A DNA stretch of 26,772 nucleotides from Dehalococcoidia bacterium (GCA_023271515.1 JALPXQ010000008.1:1-26772); one strand, 5' to 3'; counted from the first letter of the stretch, positions 1 through 8,548 are shown. A program made the numbers and translations. The notes: a model not told the origin generated them from the sequence alone.

Positions 1-476
1 AGCACTCGGTACTCGGTCGGGTGGCGGTGATTGGGGGAGGCAATACGGCTGTTGACTGCGCTCGGACGGCCAGGCGCCTTGGAGGGGAGGAGGTGAGGAT
101 CATCTACCGTCGCTCCCGGGCCGAGATGCCGGCCTTGAGCGAAGAGGTAACTGCGGTGGAGGAGGAAGGGATAGGGATAGATTTTCTGACGGCACCGGTG
201 CGATTTCTCTCTGAAGGGGGAAGGCTTACGGGGATGGAGTGCATCAGGATGAAGCTCGGGGAGCCGGATGCCAGTGGCCGGGCCCGTCCGGTCCCCATTG
301 AGGGGTCGGAGTTCAGGATGGGTGTGGATACGGTGATAGCTGCTCTGGGACAGGTGCCGGAGACCGGATTCGTCCGGGAACTCGGGATATCACTGGGGAA
401 GACGGGCACGATAGAGACTGATCCCCGTACCGGGGCGACGAGCATCGAAGGGGTATTTGCCGGGGGGACGTGGTGA
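1..476 (+). CDS. NAD(P)H-binding pyridine nucleotide-disulfide oxidoreductase domain (GltD/SudA-like), 5'-partial. It runs off the window start and forms the N-terminal module of an HdrA-like fusion. The reading frame breaks in a G6 run at 462-467.
   Basis: Motifs VAVIGGGNTAVDCARTARRLG and, after the shift, GDVVTGPAFAIDAIAAGKRAA are typical of GltD-like oxidoreductases. There is no stop upstream of position 21 in frame. This ORF ends at TGA 477-479 only because of the frame change. Confidence 0.7.
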   Translation, partial: HSVLGRVAVIGGGNTAVDCARTARRLGGEEVRIIYRRSRAEMPALSEEVTAVEEEGIGIDFLTAPVRFLSEGGRLTGMECIRMKLGEPDASGRARPVPIEGSEFRMGVDTVIAALGQVPETGFVRELGISLGKTGTIETDPRTGATSIEGVFAGGTW

Positions 477-1849
477 CTGGACCTGCCTTTGCCATCGATG
501 CCATCGCTGCGGGGAAGAGGGCGGCGCGTTCGATAGGCCGCTATCTGAATGGCGAGCCGATGGAGGTTGAGGAAGAGGAGGGCAAGCCGGAGAGGCTCTC
601 CGAGGAGGAGGTCAAGTCATTAAAGGAACAGTTTCCAGCGGAGAAGCGGGTGGAGATGGGGGAGGAACCGGTAAAAGAGAGGGTTGCTGACTTCCGAGAG
701 GTGGTCCTGGGGTATACTGAGTTGGAGGCAGTTGGGGAAGCTTCACGGTGTCTTGCAGGGCAGATAGAGGGGTGCATCGAGTGCCGGGAGTGCAAGAGGC
801 GGTGTGATGCTGGGGCGATCAATTATGAGATGAAGGATGAAACTATCCAGGTGGAGGTGGGGAACATCATCCTGGCCACTGGTTACGATCAGTTCGATCC
901 CTCGGTTATCCCGGAGTACGGATATGGAAGGTATGAGAACGTTATCACCGGGTTGGAATTTGAGCGGCTCTCAAATGCTGCCGGGCCGACGGCGGGGCAG
1001 ATACTGCTGAAGAATGGCCGGCCACCCCGGAGTGTAGCTATTATTCACTGTGTGGGCAGCCGGGATAAAAACTTTCACCAGTACTGCTCCCGGGTTTGCT
1101 GTATGTATGCTTTGAAATTTGCGCATCTGATCAGGGAGAAGACCGACGCCGAGGTATATCAGATGTACATCGACATGCGATGCTTTGGGGAGGGATATGA
1201 GGAATTTTACGAGCGTGTGGGGACCGAGGACGGGGTGAACTTTATCCGGGGGAAGGCGTCGCGGGTAACCGACCAGGCTTTGAACGAGGAGGAGGAAGGG
1301 AAGCTCATCGTCTGCGTGGAAGATACGCTGCTGGGCAATTTCATGCGGGTGCCGGTGGAGATGGTCATCCTCTGCACTGCGCTGGAGCCGAGGGCCAATG
1401 CGGAGGAGGTAGCCCGGCTCTTCTCCATCGGGCAGAGAGCGGATGGATTCTTCCTGGAGAGGCATGTCAAGCTTGCCCCAATAGCGACCATGACCGAGGG
1501 GATGTTCATTGCCGGGTGCTGCGGAGGCCCGCGGGACATCCCGGACACGGTGGCTCAAGCTAAGGCGGCCGCTTCCGATGTGTTGAGTCTGCTGGCGCGG
1601 GGCAAGGTAGGGATCGAGCCTATTGTTGCCTCGGTGGACGAGGAGGTCTGCGCTGGCTGCGGTCTGTGTGAGAAGATATGCTCCTATAGTGCGCCCTCGA
1701 TTGACAGGCTTCGGAGAGTGACGGTGGTCAACAAGGCTTTATGTAAGGGTTGCGGTGCCTGTGCCGTCACCTGCCCTTCAGGGGCGATGAGCTTAAGCCA
1801 TTTCACTCATCGCCAGATACTGGAGGAAGTGGAGGCCTTGGTCTATTAG
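470..1849 (+). CDS. hdrA: Heterodisulfide reductase subunit A-like (HdrA) portion. It contains the inserted ferredoxin domain, the remainder of the FAD domain and a C-terminal 2x[4Fe-4S] domain. It is the continuation of the upstream GltD-like ORF.
   Basis: CIECRECKRRC, ILATGYDQFDP, CVGSRD, YCSRVCCMYALKFAHLI, the C-terminal CAGCGLCEKIC...CKGCGACAVTCP cysteine clusters and FIAGCCGGPRDIP all match HdrA. The N-terminal 25 aa of this ORF (VVTGPAFAIDAIAAGKRAA) belong to the GltD-like domain of the upstream ORF. Confidence 0.8.
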   Translation: MVTGPAFAIDAIAAGKRAARSIGRYLNGEPMEVEEEEGKPERLSEEEVKSLKEQFPAEKRVEMGEEPVKERVADFREVVLGYTELEAVGEASRCLAGQIEGCIECRECKRRCDAGAINYEMKDETIQVEVGNIILATGYDQFDPSVIPEYGYGRYENVITGLEFERLSNAAGPTAGQILLKNGRPPRSVAIIHCVGSRDKNFHQYCSRVCCMYALKFAHLIREKTDAEVYQMYIDMRCFGEGYEEFYERVGTEDGVNFIRGKASRVTDQALNEEEEGKLIVCVEDTLLGNFMRVPVEMVILCTALEPRANAEEVARLFSIGQRADGFFLERHVKLAPIATMTEGMFIAGCCGGPRDIPDTVAQAKAAASDVLSLLARGKVGIEPIVASVDEEVCAGCGLCEKICSYSAPSIDRLRRVTVVNKALCKGCGACAVTCPSGAMSLSHFTHRQILEEVEALVY

Positions 1850-1918
1850 CCCCTAGAAGTGCCTCTGTGGTGGATAGCCACAATTTTGGGTCCGGCTTGT
1901 CCGGGATAGGAGGATAAA

Positions 1919-2689
1919 ATGGAGTATCGGGAAATAATCCTGCTGAAGCAGGGCGAAATGGCCAGGATCACCATCAACCGACCCCCGGTTAACGTGATGA
2001 CCTTGAACACCATAGCCGAGCTGAACCAGGCACTAGGGGGATTGAGGGAAGATCCCGAGGTCAAGGTGGTGATCATCCGGGGAAGCGGGGAGCGGGCCTT
2101 CTCCGCCGGCGTGGAGGTGGCCGACCATCTGGGCGAGAAGTTACCCTGGATGTTGGAGGAGTTTGGCCGGCTGTTTAAGTCGCTGAGGAATGTAGACAAA
2201 CCGATTGTAGCAGTGGTAAACGGCGTCGCTTTGGGAGGCGGTTGCGAGCTGGTGGCCGGGTGCGATATGGCTATCGCCTCGGACAAAGCTAAATTCGGTC
2301 AGCCGGAGATAAAGTAGGGTGTGAACCCTCCGCCGGCCAGCGTGCTTTTCCCCAAGATCATAGGGATGAAAAAGGCCCTGGAGTTGATCCTCACTGGCGA
2401 TTCCATAGATGCGTGGGAGGCGCAGAGGATAGGTCTGGTGAACAAAGTGGTCCCCCACGAAGAATTGGATCAGGCTGCGGAGGAATTCGCCAACCGACTT
2501 CTGGAGAAAAGCGGATACATACTGAAGTTGAGCCGGGAAGCCTTCTACAAGGTTAGCGAGATAAGCGACTATGAGAAGGCCCTTGACTTTATGAACTGCC
2601 GGTCGCGTAGGATCATGGAATCTGAGGACGCCGTCGAGGGACTGACCTCTTTCATCGAAAAGCGCAAGCCGGTCTGGAAAAACCGGTGA
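1919..2689 (+). pseudogene. Enoyl-CoA hydratase/isomerase (crotonase) family protein, interrupted by an in-frame TAG at 2315-2317 and split into 132 aa and 122 aa ORFs.
   Basis: The N-terminal part has the crotonase fold motifs (INRPPVNVMT, VIIRGSGERAFSAGVEV, VNGVALGGGCELVAGCDMAIA, KFGQPEIK). The C-terminal part continues in the same frame (KALELILTGD...). There is a Shine-Dalgarno site AGGAGGA upstream of ATG 1919. The TAG sits where the conserved Leu of FGQPEI-L-G is expected. Confidence 0.65.
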
Positions 2690-3806
2690 TGGCAAGTATA
2701 ATAGACGAACTGGAGCCCATCATTAATCCCCGAAGCATCGCCGTGATAGGAGCCTCAGATAATCCCGCTAAGCTGGGCTATCACTGCATGAAGAGCCTGA
2801 AAGAGAGCGGGCTTCAGTCCATATATCCCATAAATCCGCGCTCTTCGGAGATTTGGGGATTTCCGGCCTATTCCTCGCTGAGAGAGATAGATCAGGAAAT
2901 CGACCTGGCTATCGTGATTGTGCCGGCCTCTGCGGTTCCTTCAGCAATAGAGGATTGTGCCCGGAAGGGGATAAAAGGCATTGTCCTTATGACTGGTGGA
3001 TTCAGGGAAGCGGAAGATCTGGCGGGCTCCAGGATGAAATAGGTTTGCTGGCAAACAAGAGTAGAATCAGGGTGATCGGTTCCAACGCATTCGGTCCATC
3101 TAAATGCCTCCTTACCCCGGAATTCCTTGCTACTTGAGGGTAAGCCTTATAAGTCAAAGTGGCGAGATATGCCACCCTCCTTGCTGATGGAATCGGAGAA
3201 AGTAATCGGCTTTTCCAAGATCGTGGACCTAGGCAACCGATGCAAATTTTCCCAACATGCTGGAGTACCTGGCGGTGGACCTGGAGACCAGGGTGATCCT
3301 GATGTATCTCGAGGGGATAGATGATGCCCGCAGGCTTATCGAGATTGCTCGGTGAGTGGCGCCCCAAAAGCCCATAGTAGCCTTCAAGTCAGGAAAGATG
3401 ACCACTGCGGACAGAGCGGCTTATTCTCATACCGGTTCCCTGGCGGGAAAGCATAAGGTCTATCTCGCCGCTTTCAGGCAGGCCGGGATCCTGTTGGCAA
3501 GCGATTTCGAGGAATTGCTGGATATCTGACCCGAACGTTGATGCCCTCTTGTTTCTCTCTGCCTATGCCTCAGCCAACGAGCCCGTAATTAGAGCGCTCG
3601 CTGCAGTGCTGAGGGAGGAGATCGAGGCTCGCCGGAAGCCGATCCTCACCTGCTTCCCGACACCACTGCGAATCTGGGAGGAAAGGGTCGAGCTGGAGAA
3701 GAGCGGCATTCCGGTTTATGCTACGCCGGAGAGGGCGGCTAGATCTCTGGCAGGTTTGGTCTGCTACGGAGATATCCCGGCTTTGGCGCTATTCACGAAA
3801 ACTTGA
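2686..3806 (+). pseudogene. ADP-forming acetyl-CoA synthetase (acetate--CoA ligase) alpha subunit, heavily degraded. It has at least 4 to 5 frameshifts, an in-frame TGA at 3353-3355 and an apparent internal deletion of about 250 nt.
   Basis: An N-terminal CoA-binding domain is intact in ORF 2686-3042 (SIAVIGASDNPAKLGY...IVPASAVPSAIEDCARKGIKGIVLMTGGF). Homology then continues across three frames: LQDEIGLLANKSRIRVIGSN, HLNASLP, ISQSGEIC, GIGFSKIVDLGN, LEYLAVDLETRVILMYLEGIDDARRLIEIAR-TGA-VAPQKPIVAFKSGKMTTADRAAYSHTGSLAG. The C-terminal tail is in ORF 3549-3806. Total length is about 1.1 kb against about 1.4 kb expected. Confidence 0.7.
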
Positions 3807-4872
3807 ACCTCCCATATTTTTCCACCATTTTTTGGTCAATGGAAGGTCCCGTCTTGTGGATCACCTCCACTAAGTCTCTCATTTCCACATCCCTTGCAAT
3901 GCCGGTCTGGATATTCTCTCTAAAGGGGATCAGCGAGGCTTTAAGGCAGATCTGCCTTATGTCCGCGCCGCTATGACCCTCGGTCATCTGTGCCAGGTTG
4001 TCGAAATCAATATCCTCTGCCAGCGGCTTTCCCTGGAGATTCAATTCAAAAATCTTTTTCCTCGCCTGAGAATCAGGGAGAGGAACATAGATAGTCTCGT
4101 CAAATCTTCCCGGTCTAAGGGCAGCATGGTCAATGCTCCATGGCTCGTTGGTTGCCCCGATGAAGAGGAGGTTCTCATTTTTCGACTCCATCCCCTCCAT
4201 CTCCGCCAAAATCTGAGGAACAACCCGTTGCATCACCGTAGACCCGGAATCCTTCCTCTTTGGAATCAGTGCTTCAACCTCGTCAATAAAAATCACCGCT
4301 CTCTTCTGATTCCTCGCCGAAGAAAACAGCTTCGCTATATTCTGCTCACTCTCCCCGACCCACTTGCTCATAATTTCGCTCGGCTTTATGCTGAAGAATA
4401 CCGCATCCACTTCATTGGCAACCGCCTTTGCGATGTAAGTCTTGCCTGTGCCAGGGGGACCGTAGAGCAAGATTCCTCCCCCGGATCTGATCCCAAACCT
4501 CTTCGCCTCTTCAGGATATAGAAAAGGATAGATTATCTTGTTCTTGATCTCCTCTTTGATATTCTCCAGTCCTGCCACGTCGTCGAAGGTTACGGCAGGT
4601 CGTTCCTGCAAGATGAATTCTGCACCTTTTCCCCTTCCCGCAGCAGCCTCCTTTTCCTTAAGAGTGATAGACTTTGCCTTCTCCAGGAGTTTCTGGGCGT
4701 TTTCAACCCTTATCAGCTTCACCCTCCCCTGCGATTCGGAAGACGCATTAAAGAGTTGTCTGCTCGCCTGCAGGTAATAGTCTCTGGCTTTTCGCAACTC
4801 GCTTTGCGCTTCCGCCTTCATTGCCTCGGCGATATATTCTTCGGCTTTTTGAAGAAATACGTCAATGCTCAT
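3793..4872 (-). CDS. vps4: MIT-domain AAA+ ATPase, Vps4/CdvC-like (copy 1).
   Basis: It has an N-terminal three-helix MIT-like region. It has Walker A GPPGTGKT, Walker B IFIDEVE, arginine finger RPGRFDE and a Vps4-type C-terminal helix. Its start overlaps the stop of the upstream ESCRT-III-like gene. Confidence 0.85.
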   Translation of the reverse strand: MSIDVFLQKAEEYIAEAMKAEAQSELRKARDYYLQASRQLFNASSESQGRVKLIRVENAQKLLEKAKSITLKEKEAAAGRGKGAEFILQERPAVTFDDVAGLENIKEEIKNKIIYPFLYPEEAKRFGIRSGGGILLYGPPGTGKTYIAKAVANEVDAVFFSIKPSEIMSKWVGESEQNIAKLFSSARNQKRAVIFIDEVEALIPKRKDSGSTVMQRVVPQILAEMEGMESKNENLLFIGATNEPWSIDHAALRPGRFDETIYVPLPDSQARKKIFELNLQGKPLAEDIDFDNLAQMTEGHSGADIRQICLKASLIPFRENIQTGIARDVEMRDLVEVIHKTGPSIDQKMVEKYGRFKFS

Positions 4873-4875
4873 CGC

Positions 4876-5475
4876 CTACCCCTTCCGCATCATGTCCTCG
4901 ACTTCCTTGATGCCCCTGGAAATCCTCTCATCCAGGCCCTTTTCCTCAGTCTCTGCCTCCCCTTCCATTGTTTTTACAATTTCGTTGATGTCTCTATCAG
5001 AGAAACCTTCGGCACTCAAGATACCCTCGCTGGCCATGTCTAAAGTAGTGGACAACGCCTCGTCGATGCCCTCTGCCTGTGCCATCGCCTTCTCAAATTC
5101 CACCTGCATGCCGGCGATCTTTTCTACATCTGGGCCTTCGGTAATGGACTCGCTTATGTCCTTAGCAAAGGTTACAAAATCCCCGGAGATCTTGACCATC
5201 TCCCGTTGAAGTCTGGCCTCGTCCATCAGCAGGAGCATCCGCTGTCCCTTTCTTATCCGTTCCTGCAAGACCAGATATTTGGCAGCCTGCCTCTTCAAAA
5301 ACTTCTCTTCATTTAGTCTAGCCGCCTGCCTTCCCTGATCGTATATCGTCTTTTGCAGGTCCATCAGCTTCGAGATGTAGCCTTTAACCCTTGCTTTCGC
5401 CTTCCTGTACCTTATCTCCCTCTCGATCTCCTTCTCTTCCCTTGATTTTCCCTTCAACTTTTTCAATATGCCCAT
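4876..5475 (-). CDS. ESCRT-III/Snf7-like protein (copy 1). It is an all-helical protein of about 200 aa with a basic N-terminus and an acidic C-terminal tail.
   Basis: The N-terminus is MGILKKLKGKSREEK..., the sequence is predicted coiled coil, and the C-terminus is acidic (EGEAETEEKGLDERISRGIKEVEDMM, MIM-like). It is translationally coupled to the Vps4-like gene. There is a GGAG Shine-Dalgarno site 7 nt upstream of ATG 5475. Confidence 0.6.
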   Translation of the reverse strand: MGILKKLKGKSREEKEIEREIRYRKAKARVKGYISKLMDLQKTIYDQGRQAARLNEEKFLKRQAAKYLVLQERIRKGQRMLLLMDEARLQREMVKISGDFVTFAKDISESITEGPDVEKIAGMQVEFEKAMAQAEGIDEALSTTLDMASEGILSAEGFSDRDINEIVKTMEGEAETEEKGLDERISRGIKEVEDMMRKG

Positions 5476-5492
5476 TCTTTCACTCCTTTGAC

Positions 5493-5542
5493 GGGTTTAC
5501 GGTTCACGGTTCTGCATAGTCTAGAGTCTAGAGTCTAGAGTC
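5493..5542. promoter_or_regulatory. Upstream region of the ESCRT-III-like copy 1 gene. It carries a partial GGTTCACGGTTC motif followed by a (AGTCTAG)x3 heptad array, which equals three overlapping palindromic TCTAGA sites spaced 7 bp apart.
   Basis: The sequence is gggtttacggttcacggttctgcat agtctag agtctag agtctag agtc. It lies 20 to 70 nt upstream of ATG 5475 on the minus strand. Confidence 0.4.
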
Positions 5543-5561
5543 CCCCGCTCCACCCCTACCT

Positions 5562-6299
5562 TCAACCTTCAGCCTTCAGCCTATCCACCTGAGTAGCTAG
5601 GATTACAGTTATATTGTCCCTTCCGTCGGTCTCTTTCGCAGAGTTTATGAGCTTCTCGCAGGCTTCATCGAGGTCTTTTGAACTTATTATGATCCGTCTT
5701 ATTTCTTCACCCCGTAAGGAATCTGTCAATCCATCAGAGCACAACAACAGATATTGACCACAAATCCGGATCTCGTAGAGGTCAGGTTTTATATCGGCAT
5801 CCGTTCCCATCACCCTGGTAATGATATTCTTTTCCGGATGATCAAAGGCCTCCTCTTCTGAGATAATACCTCTATCCACCAGTTCTTGAACGAAGGAATG
5901 GTCCTTGGTCTGCTGCTTTATCTCCTCTCCTATCAGATAAGCCCTGCTGTCGCCTATATTTGCGATCACACATCTTTCTTCTTCAATCAAGGCAGCCACC
6001 AGCGTTGTGCCCATATTACTATAGTCTGGATTTTCCCGGGCTAAACTGTATATCTCCCTATTTGTCTTCTCAAAAGCCTGCTGAAGCAGCATCCTGAAGT
6101 CAGTAATCCCCTCGCTAAATCCTTTGTTCACCGCCTCTTCCAGCTCTATCACTGCCAGCCCACTGGCAATCTCGCCGGCGCTGTGCCCGCCCAGACCGTT
6201 GGCAACGGCAAGGAGGTAAATGTCGCCGAAGCGCGTTACCGCAAGGCTATCCTCGTTATTTGCTCTCTTCCCGCTGTCAGTAAGAGATGCTATCTTCAT
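5562..6299 (-). CDS. PP2C-family (PPM) Ser/Thr protein phosphatase.
   Basis: AVANGLGGHSAGEIAS, GTTLVAALI, ANIGDSRAY and LLCSDGLTD are the conserved PPM metal-binding motifs. Its start overlaps the kinase stop by 4 nt. Confidence 0.9.
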   Translation of the reverse strand: MKIASLTDSGKRANNEDSLAVTRFGDIYLLAVANGLGGHSAGEIASGLAVIELEEAVNKGFSEGITDFRMLLQQAFEKTNREIYSLARENPDYSNMGTTLVAALIEEERCVIANIGDSRAYLIGEEIKQQTKDHSFVQELVDRGIISEEEAFDHPEKNIITRVMGTDADIKPDLYEIRICGQYLLLCSDGLTDSLRGEEIRRIIISSKDLDEACEKLINSAKETDGRDNITVILATQVDRLKAEG

Positions 6300-8548
6300 C
6301 CTTCTGTCCTCGCTTTGCGGATAATTCTATCCATATCGTTTAATCTACGGGGTTCTAATGTTGGATCACGATGCTTAATGCAATGATTAAGGACACCGAT
6401 TTGCTGGTCGATCAAATCCTGTGTCTCACTGGATTTCACCTGGGTTTTTAAGGAATTCAGGTAATCGATACATTTGTTCAGCGCACTCAAGCGCGTCTCA
6501 CGATGTTCCGAGCTGCTATATGCCTGTCGTAAGAGCATATCCGACATCTCGCAATAGAGCGTTATTCTCTCCAGTCGTTCTATGGTTATCTTCACCTTTT
6601 GTTTGTGTTCTATTTCCAGAACGTCTGCCAAGTGATTATGGAGCTCTTCTATGCTCTGGTAGCGCCTCTCCTTTTCCTTCTCCAGACAGCGCATGATTAC
6701 AGGTTCGACGAATTTAGCTTCCTGGTTAATGCTTGAGGGTAAGGGAGGATCGTGCTTCTTTATTTTCTCCATTATGGCAGATTCATCGGCGGCTTCAAAG
6801 GGAGGCTTGCCGGTTACCAGCTCATAGAATATCTGACCGAGCTGGAATATGTCGGTTCTTCCATCTACCTTCCCTCCGCTTATCTGCTCCGGCGTGGCAT
6901 AGAGGGTAGTGTATCCTCTGGCTTGATCATCTGACTGCTTTGAAGCCCGTATCATCTTTGCCAGCCCCCAATCCACGATTTTCGGCTCCTTATTACCATC
7001 AAGCATGATATTGCCAGGCTTCAGGTCGAGGTGAAATACAGGTCGCGGTCTTCCATGAGCATATCTTAAGCCATCTGCTATCTTGAAGATCAGATGACCC
7101 GCTTTTCTCGGATCAAGCGGTATCAAATCCTCAATCGAGCCAGCCAGAAGCTCCATCTCGATATATGGCCTGGGATAAGAGCTATAGTCGTATATCGTGG
7201 CTATGTTCTTGTGATCGAGTTCCTTCCAGATTTGTATTTCGTCTATAAAGCTCTTGGCGGTCTTTTTATCATGGTACCTGGCGATCTTTATGGCCACCAT
7301 GGCACTGTCCTTCTTCCGCTGTGCGCGGTACACCCAGGAACTTCCACCCTCGCCGACGTATTTAGGTTGATGATAGTATTCATGGAGCTCCTCCGGAAAG
7401 GCGAACATCGGTTGGCCTTTTCTTATGCCAGGTCCAACTGCGGGTTCCAATGTTATATCCTCAACCTTTATTGGCTTTCGTACCTCGTCGCCTTTTGCGA
7501 CAGCGCTCCTTGCGCGGACCAGAGTATCGGTGCACAACCTTATATTTGCTGTGCAGGCATCAGTTGACTTTTCGATCCTTGTCTTTTCCTCTTCCAGACC
7601 GTGTTCGGCAGCAAGCTCACGAATGCCGTCGAAGTGTGTCTGAGCATTCCTGTATTGGTCTCTTGCTTTGAGGTATTCTCCCTTGTTGAACCACTTCTCG
7701 GCATCCTCGATTAGCCCGTTCCCGATTTCAATCTTTCCCTCCACCAAGCCTCTGTATGCCGTTGTTTTCAATTGGTTGTAGGTTGCGTTATCCGAGGAGA
7801 ACGATTCCAGGTACTTTATCACTTCTGAGAAGGCATTCTCCTTTTCCTTGCCTTTTTCCTTATTGGCCTGCTCGATTAACTTATCTCCCTTGTGCAGGAG
7901 GCATGCCTCGATGCTAACCTCCATGTTTGCTACTGCTCGATTGATCGTTGGCTCGTCCTCAAACCCGAATTTGCCTGCAACCCCAGCGCCTTTTGCATAC
8001 GTCTCTCTCGCTGACCGGAATCCTTCTCTGGCAGCATCGAAATCTCCTGCCTCAAACATTCTTTTCGCCTCGTTCACGGTCTTGTTTGCCTCATCAACGA
8101 GTGCAGCCATCTCTTTCCGGGCTCTGTTTACCGCAGCAGTCTTTATATCTTTCTCGATGCTTCCCATAGAGGGTTTAAGAGCCTCAACTATCTCCCCCTC
8201 GTTCCTTTCGCTCGCCAACTGCACCACACGGGTGTATTCTTCGAGAGCCCTTTCCCAGAGCGTTATGGCTTCTGAGTAATCTTCTCTCTGGTATGCCTCG
8301 CTGCCATCGTCGGCTATCTTTTTCGCTCTATCCAGAAGATATTCGGTAGTGGGTCTAGCGGCCAGTTGGGCCTTCTTGGTCAGCTCCAGCGCTCTTGCGA
8401 ACTCCTTCTTCTTCACCGATTCCGCCGCTTCCTTGAGGAGGCTCCTTGCCTCATCCAGGTTGGCGCCTATATGGTGCTGATTTATCAGACCTCTAGCAAC
8501 CTCCACTTCCTTGTGCAGCCCTTCGAGTTCTTTCACAATACTGCCCAT
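6296..8548 (-). CDS. Hanks-type Ser/Thr protein kinase with an N-terminal helical-repeat region of about 380 aa and a C-terminal tail of about 100 aa.
   Basis: The kinase domain spans about 6600-7400. Motifs are GEGGSSWVY, VAIK, HLDLKPGNIM, DWGLAK (a DFG variant) and YATPEQ. The start is ATG 8548 or TTG 8551, with GGAGG 8 nt upstream. Confidence 0.9.
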   Translation of the reverse strand: MGSIVKELEGLHKEVEVARGLINQHHIGANLDEARSLLKEAAESVKKKEFARALELTKKAQLAARPTTEYLLDRAKKIADDGSEAYQREDYSEAITLWERALEEYTRVVQLASERNEGEIVEALKPSMGSIEKDIKTAAVNRARKEMAALVDEANKTVNEAKRMFEAGDFDAAREGFRSARETYAKGAGVAGKFGFEDEPTINRAVANMEVSIEACLLHKGDKLIEQANKEKGKEKENAFSEVIKYLESFSSDNATYNQLKTTAYRGLVEGKIEIGNGLIEDAEKWFNKGEYLKARDQYRNAQTHFDGIRELAAEHGLEEEKTRIEKSTDACTANIRLCTDTLVRARSAVAKGDEVRKPIKVEDITLEPAVGPGIRKGQPMFAFPEELHEYYHQPKYVGEGGSSWVYRAQRKKDSAMVAIKIARYHDKKTAKSFIDEIQIWKELDHKNIATIYDYSSYPRPYIEMELLAGSIEDLIPLDPRKAGHLIFKIADGLRYAHGRPRPVFHLDLKPGNIMLDGNKEPKIVDWGLAKMIRASKQSDDQARGYTTLYATPEQISGGKVDGRTDIFQLGQIFYELVTGKPPFEAADESAIMEKIKKHDPPLPSSINQEAKFVEPVIMRCLEKEKERRYQSIEELHNHLADVLEIEHKQKVKITIERLERITLYCEMSDMLLRQAYSSSEHRETRLSALNKCIDYLNSLKTQVKSSETQDLIDQQIGVLNHCIKHRDPTLEPRRLNDMDRIIRKARTEG

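Noticed and set aside
971-2695. Minus-strand ORFs of 195, 113, 146 and 184 aa overlapping hdrA and the crotonase gene.
   Set aside because: They lie entirely inside well-supported plus-strand genes. They are low-complexity and Pro/Arg-rich, as is typical for antisense frames in GC-rich DNA.
2315-3355. Genetic-code reassignment (TAG or TGA as sense, pyrrolysine or selenocysteine) to explain the in-frame stops.
   Set aside because: Intact genes in the same window terminate with TGA (3793, 5562, 6296) and TAG (4876, 8554) and contain no internal stops. The TGA-containing gene also has multiple frameshifts, and ACD is not a known selenoprotein. These are pseudogene lesions.
7094-8279. Plus-strand ORFs of 157, 72, 73, 143 and 73 aa inside kinase 1.
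   Set aside because: They are antisense to a kinase gene with all Hanks motifs intact, and none has a start context.
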